In this document: in pieces, positions 9,568-19,312 of the stretch
Layout of the letters: every line of letters starts with the position of its first letter
Position numbering within the stretch: the stretch's first letter is position 1
Assembly: GCA_044226015.1 (NCBI GenBank)
Contig: JBGAHS010000003.1
Location: forward strand, 416,001 to 480,000
DNA length: 64,000 bases
Direction: 5' to 3'
From: Candidatus Obscuribacteraceae bacterium
Lineage (GTDB): Bacteria; Cyanobacteriota; Vampirovibrionia; Obscuribacterales; Obscuribacteraceae
The notes under the pieces: generated by a model
What the model saw: only the letters and a program-made list of their open reading frames with translations
Databases searched by the model: none
Told to the model about the DNA's origin: nothing
Translations under genes and position numbers: made by a program

Positions 9568-10917
9568 TCAGAATGTGGTAACTGAGCTGAAATTGAAATT
9601 GTCTACAAGCATTGCCGGAACGACCTGAGCAAAGCCTTCCTCGCCTCCCGCTACCCGTTGTGCAGGGCTCATTGACACTACATTATTGAGCAAATCAATA
9701 AGACTCTGATTGAAACGCAAGTTCTTCAATGCGCTAACTATCTTGCCGTTTTCTATAAGAAAGCTACCATCCCGTGTCATTCCTGTCACGATCTTCAAAG
9801 TCGGGTCCACTTCACGAATGTACCAGACTCGCGTCAAGAGAATAGCCTTATCTTGCGACGCAATCATTTCATCGAGACTTTGTTCGCCGCCGGCAAGCAC
9901 AAGATTTACCGGAATCTCTCCTTCAGCATTGGGCTCAGCTAGTCCATGACCACTGGGCTTGATGCCCATCTTCTCAGCACTTCTTCTACTGCTAACAAGA
10001 TTTTTCAAAACGCCATTCTCAACGAGCGAAACTTTCGATCGAGGCATTCCTTCACCGTCAAACGCAGCACCTGATTGCAGAGGATGAGTGCAATCATCAA
10101 CTATGGATATATTGTCGCCAAAAACCCTTTCGCCCAGCTTACCTACAAAACATGACAGTTTGTCCAGGTGGCTCGTCGCAGCGAAATCCCAACAGAGATA
10201 ACTAAGCAGGTCTAGCACCGCAGATGGTTCTAAAATTACGCGATATTTTCCGGGCGCAATACTAATTGGGTTATTGTTTGCAAGGGCTTTCTCAGCTGCA
10301 CGCTTGGCCAGCCCCTTATAATCGAGATTGGAAAAATCAATCTCCTCATGTTTAACCCACCCAGTCTCCCCATCTTTGTTCATAGTTATTGAGCATTGCG
10401 CATATGATTCACGGTGAGCAGCATAAAGCCCTTTCGAATTCCCAATGGCGGTAAGAGCTCCACCACTGGAGATAATACCGGCAGCATCCAAGCCGTTAGA
10501 TTCAGCAATTTTCACAATCTCTTTAACCGCCTTGGCTCGGTCAGCCGGACTTAACTCCGCTGTGTCTTTGTCAAAACGATTCACCTTAGCATATCCGCTT
10601 CGCGGCATCGCCGGTAGTGGCAAAATTGTCTCATCTTTGCCCAGGTATTTTAATATCTCAACAGCATCGTCTACCAGTTTGTGCAGAGAGGATGCTGAAA
10701 GGTCATCGCAGCTCAGACGCGCTTGCTTCCCCGATTTGAGAACCCTAACCGAAACAGTAGTTCGATCCTGTGCCTGATTTTGCGTCATGCTGTTGTTAGC
10801 AAAACGAGAGGTATTCAGATCTGAACTGTTAATCGTAACCTCCGTCCCCTGTGCCTTTCCTCGAGCATAGTCGAGGATTTCATTGATGATATTCTGAGCC
10901 TTTTGCGATGTAATCAT
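9568..10917 (-). CDS. tldE: TldE/PmbA family protein
   Basis: RFANN, PGKYRVILEP, FDGEG and TGMTRDG..IENG motifs; directly downstream of tldD. Confidence 0.88.
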   Translation of the reverse strand: MITSQKAQNIINEILDYARGKAQGTEVTINSSDLNTSRFANNSMTQNQAQDRTTVSVRVLKSGKQARLSCDDLSASSLHKLVDDAVEILKYLGKDETILPLPAMPRSGYAKVNRFDKDTAELSPADRAKAVKEIVKIAESNGLDAAGIISSGGALTAIGNSKGLYAAHRESYAQCSITMNKDGETGWVKHEEIDFSNLDYKGLAKRAAEKALANNNPISIAPGKYRVILEPSAVLDLLSYLCWDFAATSHLDKLSCFVGKLGERVFGDNISIVDDCTHPLQSGAAFDGEGMPRSKVSLVENGVLKNLVSSRRSAEKMGIKPSGHGLAEPNAEGEIPVNLVLAGGEQSLDEMIASQDKAILLTRVWYIREVDPTLKIVTGMTRDGSFLIENGKIVSALKNLRFNQSLIDLLNNVVSMSPAQRVAGGEEGFAQVVPAMLVDNFNFSSVTTF

Positions 10918-10931
10918 CTTCTATTTCTCCA

Positions 10932-12386
10932 CTAAGCTTTGTGCGCCATGCCAACGTCCACACTGCGAAACCTGGCAGGTGGCGCCCCGTGCCCCGTCCA
11001 CATTGTCTGCATCGGTTGACCTTTGCCACAATTTGGCACTCCCCAGTCGACGTAATCGACTGTGCCACCAATGGCAACACAAGAGTTCCAAAACAAAGGT
11101 GTTATGCCTCCATAGCTGCAGTTTTTAAGCAACTTAACACGTCGTCCGTTTTTGATTAACCAGCCAGCTTCAGTGGAGAATTGAAAATTATAACGAAGTT
11201 GATCGATAGACCAACTCCTGTTCGTTTCCATCAAAATTCCTTCATTCGTTTCCGAGACAATATCTTCCAGGCTTCCTGCGCCGCCCGGCAAAAGGGATAT
11301 GTTGGTCATTCGAATAATGGGTGCGAAGTTCCAAGACTCCGCACGCATCATTCCACCAGAGCGACTCAAACCGATTGAGCCTGCGGTGTCTCTCGAGCTT
11401 AGATAGCCTTCGAACATGCCATCTCTCACCAGATAAACATTTTGTGCCTGCACCCCTTCATCATCAAAACCAAAGCTACCCAGAGCACCAGATTTAGTGG
11501 CATCAGCAACAAGGTTTACGATACTAGAACCATACTGCAATCGTCCCAGCTTTTCTGGCGTCAAGAACGAAGCTCCAGCGAAATTGAGTTCTTGCCCCAG
11601 AGCTCGGTCAAGCTCACTCGGGTGCCCCATGCTTTCATGAATTTGCAAAGCCAGCTGAGACGATCCAATAATGAGATCAGTTGTTCCGGCAGGACAAGCA
11701 TCTGCCGAAAGTAAAGCTACAGCCTCTTCGGCAGTCTCTTGCGCGTGCCCCTTAAGGTCCCACTTCTCGATCATTTCCCAGCCTGCAAGTTCGTGCTGCC
11801 CTCCGAAAGATGTCGGGTACGAACGTTTCTGACGGTCAGCCTCATTACTGGCATAAGCTTCGATGCCACAGCTTGAACGAATGAAGCGTTGCTCTATTCT
11901 GCTTCCTTCAGACGAGTAGAACAGCTTTCTTTCCTTGATAAAGGTCATATAACCCTGCGTCAGCGTTATCCCCTTTACCTTCTGCATCAGCCTGGAAGCT
12001 TCAAATAAAACACTTAACTTTGTTTCAATGCTGACGGTGAATGGATCAATCAGATGTGGAGAAACCCAAATAGCATGATATGCCGGTTCATGCGCAAGCT
12101 TCACCGGCGGCTTGACACAAGCTGCACTCGCTTTAGCTACATCAATGGCCTTTCTAACAGCCTTCTCAATTCCTGCTTTCTTCTGCTCTTGCGTAGATGC
12201 AAAACCCCAGCCACCTTTGTAGAGAACGCGAATCCCAAAACCCTGGCTTGAGCTGAGATTCAGCCTCGAAACTTGTTCGTCTTTGGTGGCGATATCCTCG
12301 CTCTGCTGTTCGATGGCTCGAACATCAGCGTATGTTGCACCCAGACTCTTTGCACAATCAAGCGCATAAAGGGCAAGTGACTCCAT
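10932..12386 (-). CDS. tldD: TldD family metalloprotease
   Basis: HESMGHPSELDR (HExxGH), FDDEG, RMTN and CGKGQP motifs. Confidence 0.93.
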   Translation of the reverse strand: MESLALYALDCAKSLGATYADVRAIEQQSEDIATKDEQVSRLNLSSSQGFGIRVLYKGGWGFASTQEQKKAGIEKAVRKAIDVAKASAACVKPPVKLAHEPAYHAIWVSPHLIDPFTVSIETKLSVLFEASRLMQKVKGITLTQGYMTFIKERKLFYSSEGSRIEQRFIRSSCGIEAYASNEADRQKRSYPTSFGGQHELAGWEMIEKWDLKGHAQETAEEAVALLSADACPAGTTDLIIGSSQLALQIHESMGHPSELDRALGQELNFAGASFLTPEKLGRLQYGSSIVNLVADATKSGALGSFGFDDEGVQAQNVYLVRDGMFEGYLSSRDTAGSIGLSRSGGMMRAESWNFAPIIRMTNISLLPGGAGSLEDIVSETNEGILMETNRSWSIDQLRYNFQFSTEAGWLIKNGRRVKLLKNCSYGGITPLFWNSCVAIGGTVDYVDWGVPNCGKGQPMQTMWTGHGAPPARFRSVDVGMAHKA

Positions 12387-12540
12387 TTTTGGTCGACCTC
12401 TATAGTGACTCTAACGCTCTCGTTGTCAGCAGTTGCAAACATTGAGAGCACCTATTGAAGCACGTTTTTGCCTTGATTGCCTAGCCAGAATCAGCCAAAG
12501 CCCGATGGCAATCCATCAAAACATGCGACCCCAGGAAGGA

Positions 12541-13779
12541 TTAATCGACTTTTTCAGACTCGCTATGCAGTGGCACATTACGGAAACTGGCAAAAATCGC
12601 AACATCGTAAAAGGTCTTTAGCCCACCAGCAATCTGAAACGACAGGCTTGCGCACGCGTTGGAAAGAAACCATCCAGACACTAAAGGTGCAGCGCATTGC
12701 CCAAATGAACGTGCAGCAGCTGTCATTCCAGCAACGGCCGTTCTATCTTCCCTGGGCACCAGAACCATTGAGAATGCCTGCCTTGCTGGAATATCCATTG
12801 AAGAAAACAAGGATCTGAGGACAAGAATCATGCCGGCTAAAAACGCATCAGGCATCAGTGGTATCAAACATAGTGCCATGCTGCAAGGCAAATGAGTAAA
12901 CACCATGGTGTTCAAGAGCCCAAAACGCCTGCAAACATAAGGAGAAATAAGGAAAGACACAGCAGCAAGGGCATAAGTCGCCGCAAAAACCTGCCCACTA
13001 AACTCAGGACCCACATGGTACCTTTCGAAAAACCAGAAAGAAATCAGCGTCATCGGAATGAAACCACCAGCAAATGCATCGAGCCCCTGCAGCGAAATGA
13101 GCTTCCAAACAAGCGGAGACCTAATAGCTCTAGACCTCTCAGTACCCGACTCAGAAGATTGGGCACGCAAGGGTCCTAGAATAGAGTAGAGAATTAGGAG
13201 AAGAATTCCACCAAGCGCATACGCGATAAAAATGGATTGATACGCAAACGCAGCAGAGTGCTGATTGCTGAGTAGAGGATAAACAATACCAGCCAGAGAA
13301 GAACCAATTGCAGAGCCAGCAAAGGCGATGAGGTTATATACCGAGAATTCATGTGCAAGCTTTGTCGACTCAGCATTTTCGGAAATCACTGCTTGTTCAA
13401 CAGCTCCAAACGGTCCACCTTCATACCCTGCAGGACTGATGATTCCAAAAACAGCCGCCAACAAGATAGCCCATCGCTCAGTCGCAAATGCAAAAACGGC
13501 ACCCGATGCGCTAAGAACAAGGCTGGCTATCAGCAAAAGATTTCTTAACCCAATTCGATCAGAAAGAACAGACACCAAAGCAGTTAAGACCGCATCTTCG
13601 ATGAGCGTTGCAGACACAATCATGCCGATTTCGAGCGCGCCAAAATTTCGCGAAAGCAAAAACAATGCAAACACAACAGAAACAGACGAGAAGCACAATG
13701 CACGAACGAAACGGGCAACATAGATCAGAACAAGCTTTCGGCTTTGTCCTCCAGGGCTGAACTCTGTCGATTCAATCAC
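12541..13779 (-). CDS. MFS transporter
   Basis: About 12 TM helices; SDRIGLR loop, GPF..EQA and MDIPARQ motifs. Confidence 0.9.
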   Translation of the reverse strand: MIESTEFSPGGQSRKLVLIYVARFVRALCFSSVSVVFALFLLSRNFGALEIGMIVSATLIEDAVLTALVSVLSDRIGLRNLLLIASLVLSASGAVFAFATERWAILLAAVFGIISPAGYEGGPFGAVEQAVISENAESTKLAHEFSVYNLIAFAGSAIGSSLAGIVYPLLSNQHSAAFAYQSIFIAYALGGILLLILYSILGPLRAQSSESGTERSRAIRSPLVWKLISLQGLDAFAGGFIPMTLISFWFFERYHVGPEFSGQVFAATYALAAVSFLISPYVCRRFGLLNTMVFTHLPCSMALCLIPLMPDAFLAGMILVLRSLFSSMDIPARQAFSMVLVPREDRTAVAGMTAAARSFGQCAAPLVSGWFLSNACASLSFQIAGGLKTFYDVAIFASFRNVPLHSESEKVD

Positions 13780-13781
13780 CG

Positions 13782-14891
13782 TCAGCCGACTTCTGTGACA
13801 CTCTTACTCAAGACAAGATCTTCCTTTGCAGAGTACAAACCAATCAAATGTGACAGCGTCTTTTCAATGTTTTTTTCCTTTTGGAAAAGGTCGATTAAGT
13901 CATCTGCGGGCAACCTGCGAGAGCGCAGCCTGGACCAGAATTCATCCAGGCACTCGCGAGACAGTCCTAATTTTCGTGCCGTGTGCTCGGCGGCTTCGAG
14001 CACACGAGCTGCGGTTTCGCAAACATGACGAGAATTCAATCCATCTAATGCAATATTGCCCAGGTCGTAAATTCTGGTCTCATCGGTAGCCTGATCTTTC
14101 AGTTCGTCATCAAGCAAAATAGCAAGAGAAAGCAGGAAGAAGGCGTTGTAATCTTCAATACAACGAGACATTTCAAAGCCCTTAAACTCAAAGCGCAACG
14201 AAGGCTTTTCATGCACGTAAAAAAGCGGCGCCCAAATACTTCTTCTATAGGTTCTTATTGATTTGCCGATCTGTCCGCGCCATTTCCACAAACCACCCTC
14301 TGTGAGCGGCGAAGCAAGGGTTAGCGCCACTGCCGCCGGCATGAAGAAATTGATTTTTGCTGCAAGCTCAGATATGTCAATGCGCTTCGAGAGCTCTTCC
14401 GGCAAACTGATATTTATGTCGGGTCCAAAAGTGGTAGCAGCAGTCAAGGCCCATTGCCAGTAATCATGCCTTTTGTAGTTGGGTGCCGCATTGAATTTCG
14501 ATTCAGTAGGATGGTGCGAAATTACCGCAAGGTCAAACCCCTCTTTAAGCACCCGCCGCCTTAAGAGATCAAATAATTTTTGCAACGACACTAATTGCTC
14601 GTCAATGGTATCTGTCATTGGAGTCCGAATTTCTATGCCTTTCGGCAGCAAAGACACCGGATTCATATTTGTATCGGTCAGGTAATAACCTTCCACCAGA
14701 TATGGTGTCGGCTTGCTGTGCAGCGGCTTTATATTGAAACCGCGCTCACTAAACTCGGAGGTATCAATTGAATTGATCAGCCGAGAAAGAAACTCAAAAT
14801 TCAAGTCTTTGTGACCCAGAGGAACGAAACTGTCTTTTCGCACCATCAGAAATTCTGTTTCTATCCCAAACCCGAATCCCGAATTCTGCAT
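13782..14891 (-). CDS. Glutamate--cysteine ligase (GCS2/YbdK-like) carboxylate-amine ligase
   Basis: FGIETEF, IEIRTP, INIS, ASP, R and RFEFK motifs match the GCS2 fold; start placed at MQNSG (GAAGG RBS). Confidence 0.75.
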   Translation of the reverse strand: MQNSGFGFGIETEFLMVRKDSFVPLGHKDLNFEFLSRLINSIDTSEFSERGFNIKPLHSKPTPYLVEGYYLTDTNMNPVSLLPKGIEIRTPMTDTIDEQLVSLQKLFDLLRRRVLKEGFDLAVISHHPTESKFNAAPNYKRHDYWQWALTAATTFGPDINISLPEELSKRIDISELAAKINFFMPAAVALTLASPLTEGGLWKWRGQIGKSIRTYRRSIWAPLFYVHEKPSLRFEFKGFEMSRCIEDYNAFFLLSLAILLDDELKDQATDETRIYDLGNIALDGLNSRHVCETAARVLEAAEHTARKLGLSRECLDEFWSRLRSRRLPADDLIDLFQKEKNIEKTLSHLIGLYSAKEDLVLSKSVTEVG

Positions 14892-14949
14892 AAAAAACCC
14901 GACACCTTCATTCCTTCTATCTATTTTATAGCTCTTTAGCCTTGCTGCA

Positions 14950-15141
14950 TTAACGCAGGCTGCAATATCCACGAAATCGATACTGAACGAAATCTTCATC
15001 GCCATCGAACTCGCTGACATAGACGTACCCTACACCGATACAAGACAGAGGCAAGATGAAGTGACGCGGCACCTTTTTTGAAATCGAATCAAGAACCAAA
15101 CCGTCAACGGGTCCCCCGAGCAACTCAATCAACATTTGCAT
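14950..15141 (-). CDS. Small hypothetical protein (63 aa, GGPVDG motif)
   Basis: Fills the gap between the Fur-family gene and the ligase, overlaps the Fur stop codon, GGGAG RBS. Confidence 0.5.
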   Translation of the reverse strand: MQMLIELLGGPVDGLVLDSISKKVPRHFILPLSCIGVGYVYVSEFDGDEDFVQYRFRGYCSLR

Positions 15142-15724
15142 TCTCCCTTACAGCCCAACAATCAGTGCAGACCGAGCGAAGCACTAACTCGATGCGCTGA
15201 AATTCGTAACCCGAGTCTTCGCACAACGCCTTCGCCCTCTCATCAAGATCTTCTTGTTTAAACTCAATTGTTTTATTGCATTGAACGCAAGTCAAAAATC
15301 CTTGCTGGACACCCCTTCGCCATTGGTAGTAAGTTTGGCGCCCCCGCCGAATCGTTTGAATCAAAGCACTTGAGTTCAATCGCTCAAGCACTCTGTAGAT
15401 GGTAGACTTATGCAATTTCTCGCCAAGAGTAGCCAATCTTTCCATGATAGATCGAACTGTCAAAAGCTCACCAGCAGCCTCATTCTCCATGATAGTTGAC
15501 ACAACTCTCAGACACCGAACTTCGCTGCCAATAATGCTGTCATTCTCTTTGAAGCTTGCAATTGCCCTGTAAGCCGAACTCCGTGTCAAATTAACCCCGT
15601 AGTCAGCCATTCTATCCATTAACTCCTGCGCATGCATCCCAGGCTCTTTCTCTAAAATCCTGAAAATAAGCACCTTTCTTTGAAGCCTCTCCGCCCCGCC
15701 TTTTTTACTCTTCATTGATTCCAA
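15125..15724 (-). CDS. Fur-family transcriptional regulator with a duplicated N-terminal winged helix
   Basis: STIYRVLERL helix, CxxC (CVQC) and C-terminal CTDC; an extra N-terminal copy HAQEL...SSAYRAI. Confidence 0.8.
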   Translation of the reverse strand: MESMKSKKGGAERLQRKVLIFRILEKEPGMHAQELMDRMADYGVNLTRSSAYRAIASFKENDSIIGSEVRCLRVVSTIMENEAAGELLTVRSIMERLATLGEKLHKSTIYRVLERLNSSALIQTIRRGRQTYYQWRRGVQQGFLTCVQCNKTIEFKQEDLDERAKALCEDSGYEFQRIELVLRSVCTDCWAVRENANVD

Positions 15725-15800
15725 AACGCAACCTGCGCCCCCTGCTGTTCGCCACCATTCGTGTGCGAATTAGCCCCCTTCATTGACAAGATCAATACAA

Positions 15801-16181
15801 CTACAAGACCCCTCCCTCACGACACTGCGGTCTACTAGCGCGATTGCATGCGTGCCTTGGACCATTCAAAGCTCGATGCACTCCCGTTACTTCATCAATC
15901 GATTCATGCATTTGCAGCATGTATTCGTTAATGCGCTCAACTTGAATGGCTGACCCCACTTGCTCAGCCTGCATGCGCTTAATCAACAAGCCAGTAATCA
16001 TTCGACCTATACTTCGTATATTCGAGTCGTAAAGTGAGAAGGCGATAGTCAAAACGACATGCTTGGCACTGCCCGTACTTTCATTTATCCTACGCAAACG
16101 CTCTAATGACTCAACAGGCATCTTCTCCAACCATTCGGTAAGACTACTCCTGGTATTCAAATTGTATTCAGAAAAATGCAT
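15801..16181 (-). CDS. Hypothetical protein
   Basis: ORF co-oriented upstream of the Fur-family gene; start placed at MHFSEY, uncertain. Confidence 0.45.
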   Translation of the reverse strand: MHFSEYNLNTRSSLTEWLEKMPVESLERLRRINESTGSAKHVVLTIAFSLYDSNIRSIGRMITGLLIKRMQAEQVGSAIQVERINEYMLQMHESIDEVTGVHRALNGPRHACNRASRPQCREGGVL

Positions 16182-16350
16182 ATGATTATCTTTCTCAACT
16201 ACACTCAAGAAACGCACACCAAAACAAAACACGCGTATCCGCTGCAAACAATTTGCAGAAACAAGATTTGCGGTTTCAAAAAATGCGACTATCAGATTTG
16301 ATAACTGCTTTGGCATTTTTCAGTTTATACAGCTTACTTTACACTAGAAA

Positions 16351-16380
16351 AAATTATTTGAGAACCATTCTCAATAATTT
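16351..16380. promoter_or_regulatory. Fur-box-like palindromic operator
   Basis: TGAGAAC-C-ATTCTCA (16359-16373) matches 11/14 positions of the 7-1-7 Fur consensus TGATAATnATTATCA and sits inside the larger inverted flank AAATTAT/ATAATTT. Confidence 0.7.
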
Positions 16381-16492
16381 GACGATCACATAATCAACGA
16401 GCCTTCTGTGAACTCGGGCAATTCCAGCAAGAATAAAATCTTCACATGAGAAAAGGTCGCCTTATTTGACATTTCAACTGTAACGAGAGTTA

Positions 16493-16549
16493 TTGACATG
16501 CCCCTCTCCTCGCCCCTAAACTCCAGAGATTAATTGAGAATGATTGCCA
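16493..16549 (+). promoter_or_regulatory. Sigma70-type promoter with an adjacent Fur-box-like operator
   Basis: TTGACA (16493), 18-bp spacer, TAAACT (16517); TGAGAAT-G-ATTGCCA at 16535-16549 just downstream of the predicted start site. Confidence 0.65.
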
Positions 16550-16633
16550 TGTCGCAAAATTAGCGACAAGCAAACAAAAAAACCACACAATGCCAGGCGA
16601 GCGCCTACAAATGTTCGAAAAGAGGGGAATTGC

Positions 16634-19312
16634 ATGCACGACCTATCAAAACAGACAGCTGGCGCGATGAGTTCGTCCACGCACACAACGAGAGTTCAAA
16701 CTTATTCAATCGGGCAATTCAGGAACACCGCCGATGAATTAGCCGAAGAGCTCCGCGAACTAGAGTTTCTCTCTGACAGTTATCTCTTCGGATTAAGCAA
16801 CGATACCGGCGAAACCAACTGGCTTTTGTCCAGCCTGGTCAAAGAAGTCAAATTACTGCGCTCTACAATTCGGTCCCGCCTTCACCAGCTTGAGCGAGCA
16901 AGACGCTGGAGCAGCAGCGACGAACTAAAATTGCTCACGCAACAATGTCATTTTGAAATCGGAAATCACAAAGAAGCACTGCGAAAACTATACTCGGCAC
17001 GCGGTAAAGCCTTATGCGCTGGGGACTGGCAAAGTCCAATTTATGCCTCTTCTTACAGTTCAAGCAGAAACAGACAACAAGATGGAATCAGAGAACACAT
17101 TCTAGATTACAAACGAGATGGACACCTCGAAGCAAAGTCTTACGAACAATCCTTTATGAAGGAGTATGCCTCACACCTGGGCTCTAGCTCGATCGAAGCC
17201 TACCTGACCAATAACGGCATGGCCGCTTTCAGTTCCGCTCTTCACTGGATTACACAGGAAGCAAAATTCATGGGGAAGGCACTAGCTGTAGTGCCCATGT
17301 ACTTCGAGAACCTTCATCTAGCAGAGGCATTTATCCCCCAGCTAGAGCAGTTTAACGCGGAGGACAACACCGTCACCCTCTTAGAAAAGCTGCAAAAGGA
17401 AGGTCCTACGATAGTTATTTGCGACACTGTTTCAAATTGCGGAAAAGTTCTGGTTCAGCCTTACAAAGAAATTTTCCAATGGGCAAAAAAAGAAGAGGGA
17501 CGCCCAATCGCGATCGTTCTCGATGCTACTTGTTCTCCTGCATTCTTACTGGAAGACAACTTGCTTCAAGAGCTTCCGGACAGCGTGAGCGTCTTCATCA
17601 TCGAAAGCCTGGCAAAATATCATCAATACGGCATGGACCTAGTAACTGGCGGCATAGCGCTTGTTCATAGCTCAAGCAAAAACCAGGTAAGCTTTAATCG
17701 CACAAGAGCCAGATTCGGTGCAAACATAGTAGATAGCAGCGTCGGCTCTCTGCCTGTTCCTAGCAAATTGGTTCTGGAAAAGCGCCTCAGAAGACACTCT
17801 CGCAACGTCCAATTCTTCAGTGAACAATTGGAAAGAATCATTCAAGTAAAACCCGGACTAATAGAATCAGTCGAGTGGCAATCGCGTGAACTCACCGAAG
17901 AAAACAACTGGTTCAGAAGCTCTTGCCTGACTCTTCGGTTTCGACCTGCGTGCTCATCTATTCAAGCATACAAGGAATTCGAAGAAGAAATTTTGAGATT
18001 AGCCAAACTCAGGAACCAGCCAATCGCCTTGAGCACCAGCTTCGGCTTCGACGTTACTCGATTTTATGTCACTGCACCAGCCTCAGCCTACGAGTCCCCA
18101 TTTCTACGAGTGGCCATCGGCACAGAAAGCCTCTCTCAGATAAAAAAATTGATTTCCCTGGTCGAAGAATGCAGCGCTAAGCTTGCGCTCCAGTGGAAGG
18201 ATCTCAGCGTGGCAGCACCAAAAGCAACCCAGCCAGCTAGCACAAAATTGGAAAACCTTTCAGGGACAAAAGCAGCATTCAAGAACACTGTATACATGGG
18301 CGAAGATGCACTTCACCGTTATCTTTCTCCAGAAAACTTTGCCGTCACGCCACTAGTGGAACTGCCAGCAGACCTCAACCCCTTCAATAATGATGGGGTG
18401 CGCATTCTTGCAAAAATGGTGCCGCTTGTTCCACTAATGAACATCAAATCAATTCCAGCCTTCTCAATGTTACGCAAAGCAGCTCAGAGAGGCGAATTAA
18501 ACGGCGTCAAAAACATCATTGAAAGTTCATCGTCCAATACCGTGCTGTCCTTGAGTGTAATCTCAAAGCTGTTTGGCGTGGACAATACTTGTGCGATCGT
18601 GGACCACTCGATAGCACCAGGACTGGTGCGCATGCTTCGTTTGTTTGGAATCGAAATATATAAACACCCAGCGCCTGGCCATGAACTCTTCGGAAAAACG
18701 GAAGCACGCAGCTTGCGAGCCGCAAATATGGGCAAGCAAGATGGTTGGTACAACCCGAATCAATATGCAAACCCTGACAATCCAGAAGGTTTTGCACGCT
18801 GGCTAGCACCTGAACTATGGGCTCAAACGCAGGGCAAACTGGATGTGTTAAGCTGCGCCTTGGGCACTTGTGGCACCATGGTCGGTGTCAGTCGCGAACT
18901 GCGCAGTCGCAAGCAAGAAATGAGCGTAGTAGCTTGTTGTCCGGCAAGAGGTGAAGCAGTACCCGGACCGCGAGAAAAAATGCTTCTAGGAGATGTTGCA
19001 TTCCCATGGCAAGAAATTGCAGATTCGCGCATGGAAATGGGAGCCGAAGAGAGTTTTGCAGCAAGCATCAAACTCCTCAGAAGAGGAATACTGGGCGGTC
19101 CAAGTTCAGGAATGAACTATGCAGGACTTCTAAAGTACCTTGGCGAATTAAGAGACTCTGGACAGCTTGAAGAAGCCATCACAAAGCAAGGTACACTTAA
19201 CGCTGTCTTCCTCTGCTGTGACTCACCACTTCCGCACATCGACGAGTACTTCGATGCGCTGGGCGAAAAATACTTTCCAGACGTCCATGAAGTTCCCGAG
19301 CTTAGCAAATAA
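16634..19312 (+). CDS. Bifunctional PLP enzyme: Cys/Met-metabolism (fold I) domain fused to a cysteine-synthase-like (fold II) domain
   Basis: N-domain: NNGMAAF, ESLAKY (PLP Lys), LRVAIGTE. C-domain: TPLVEL, NIKS, IESSSSNT, NQYANPDN, GTCGT, GILGGPSSG. Start set at the ATG after the AGAGGGG RBS. Confidence 0.85.
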   Translation: MHDLSKQTAGAMSSSTHTTRVQTYSIGQFRNTADELAEELRELEFLSDSYLFGLSNDTGETNWLLSSLVKEVKLLRSTIRSRLHQLERARRWSSSDELKLLTQQCHFEIGNHKEALRKLYSARGKALCAGDWQSPIYASSYSSSRNRQQDGIREHILDYKRDGHLEAKSYEQSFMKEYASHLGSSSIEAYLTNNGMAAFSSALHWITQEAKFMGKALAVVPMYFENLHLAEAFIPQLEQFNAEDNTVTLLEKLQKEGPTIVICDTVSNCGKVLVQPYKEIFQWAKKEEGRPIAIVLDATCSPAFLLEDNLLQELPDSVSVFIIESLAKYHQYGMDLVTGGIALVHSSSKNQVSFNRTRARFGANIVDSSVGSLPVPSKLVLEKRLRRHSRNVQFFSEQLERIIQVKPGLIESVEWQSRELTEENNWFRSSCLTLRFRPACSSIQAYKEFEEEILRLAKLRNQPIALSTSFGFDVTRFYVTAPASAYESPFLRVAIGTESLSQIKKLISLVEECSAKLALQWKDLSVAAPKATQPASTKLENLSGTKAAFKNTVYMGEDALHRYLSPENFAVTPLVELPADLNPFNNDGVRILAKMVPLVPLMNIKSIPAFSMLRKAAQRGELNGVKNIIESSSSNTVLSLSVISKLFGVDNTCAIVDHSIAPGLVRMLRLFGIEIYKHPAPGHELFGKTEARSLRAANMGKQDGWYNPNQYANPDNPEGFARWLAPELWAQTQGKLDVLSCALGTCGTMVGVSRELRSRKQEMSVVACCPARGEAVPGPREKMLLGDVAFPWQEIADSRMEMGAEESFAASIKLLRRGILGGPSSGMNYAGLLKYLGELRDSGQLEEAITKQGTLNAVFLCCDSPLPHIDEYFDALGEKYFPDVHEVPELSK

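Noticed and set aside
9568..12386. TldD/TldE as part of a RiPP cluster
   Set aside because: No precursor peptide, YcaO or radical SAM enzyme nearby; likely housekeeping.
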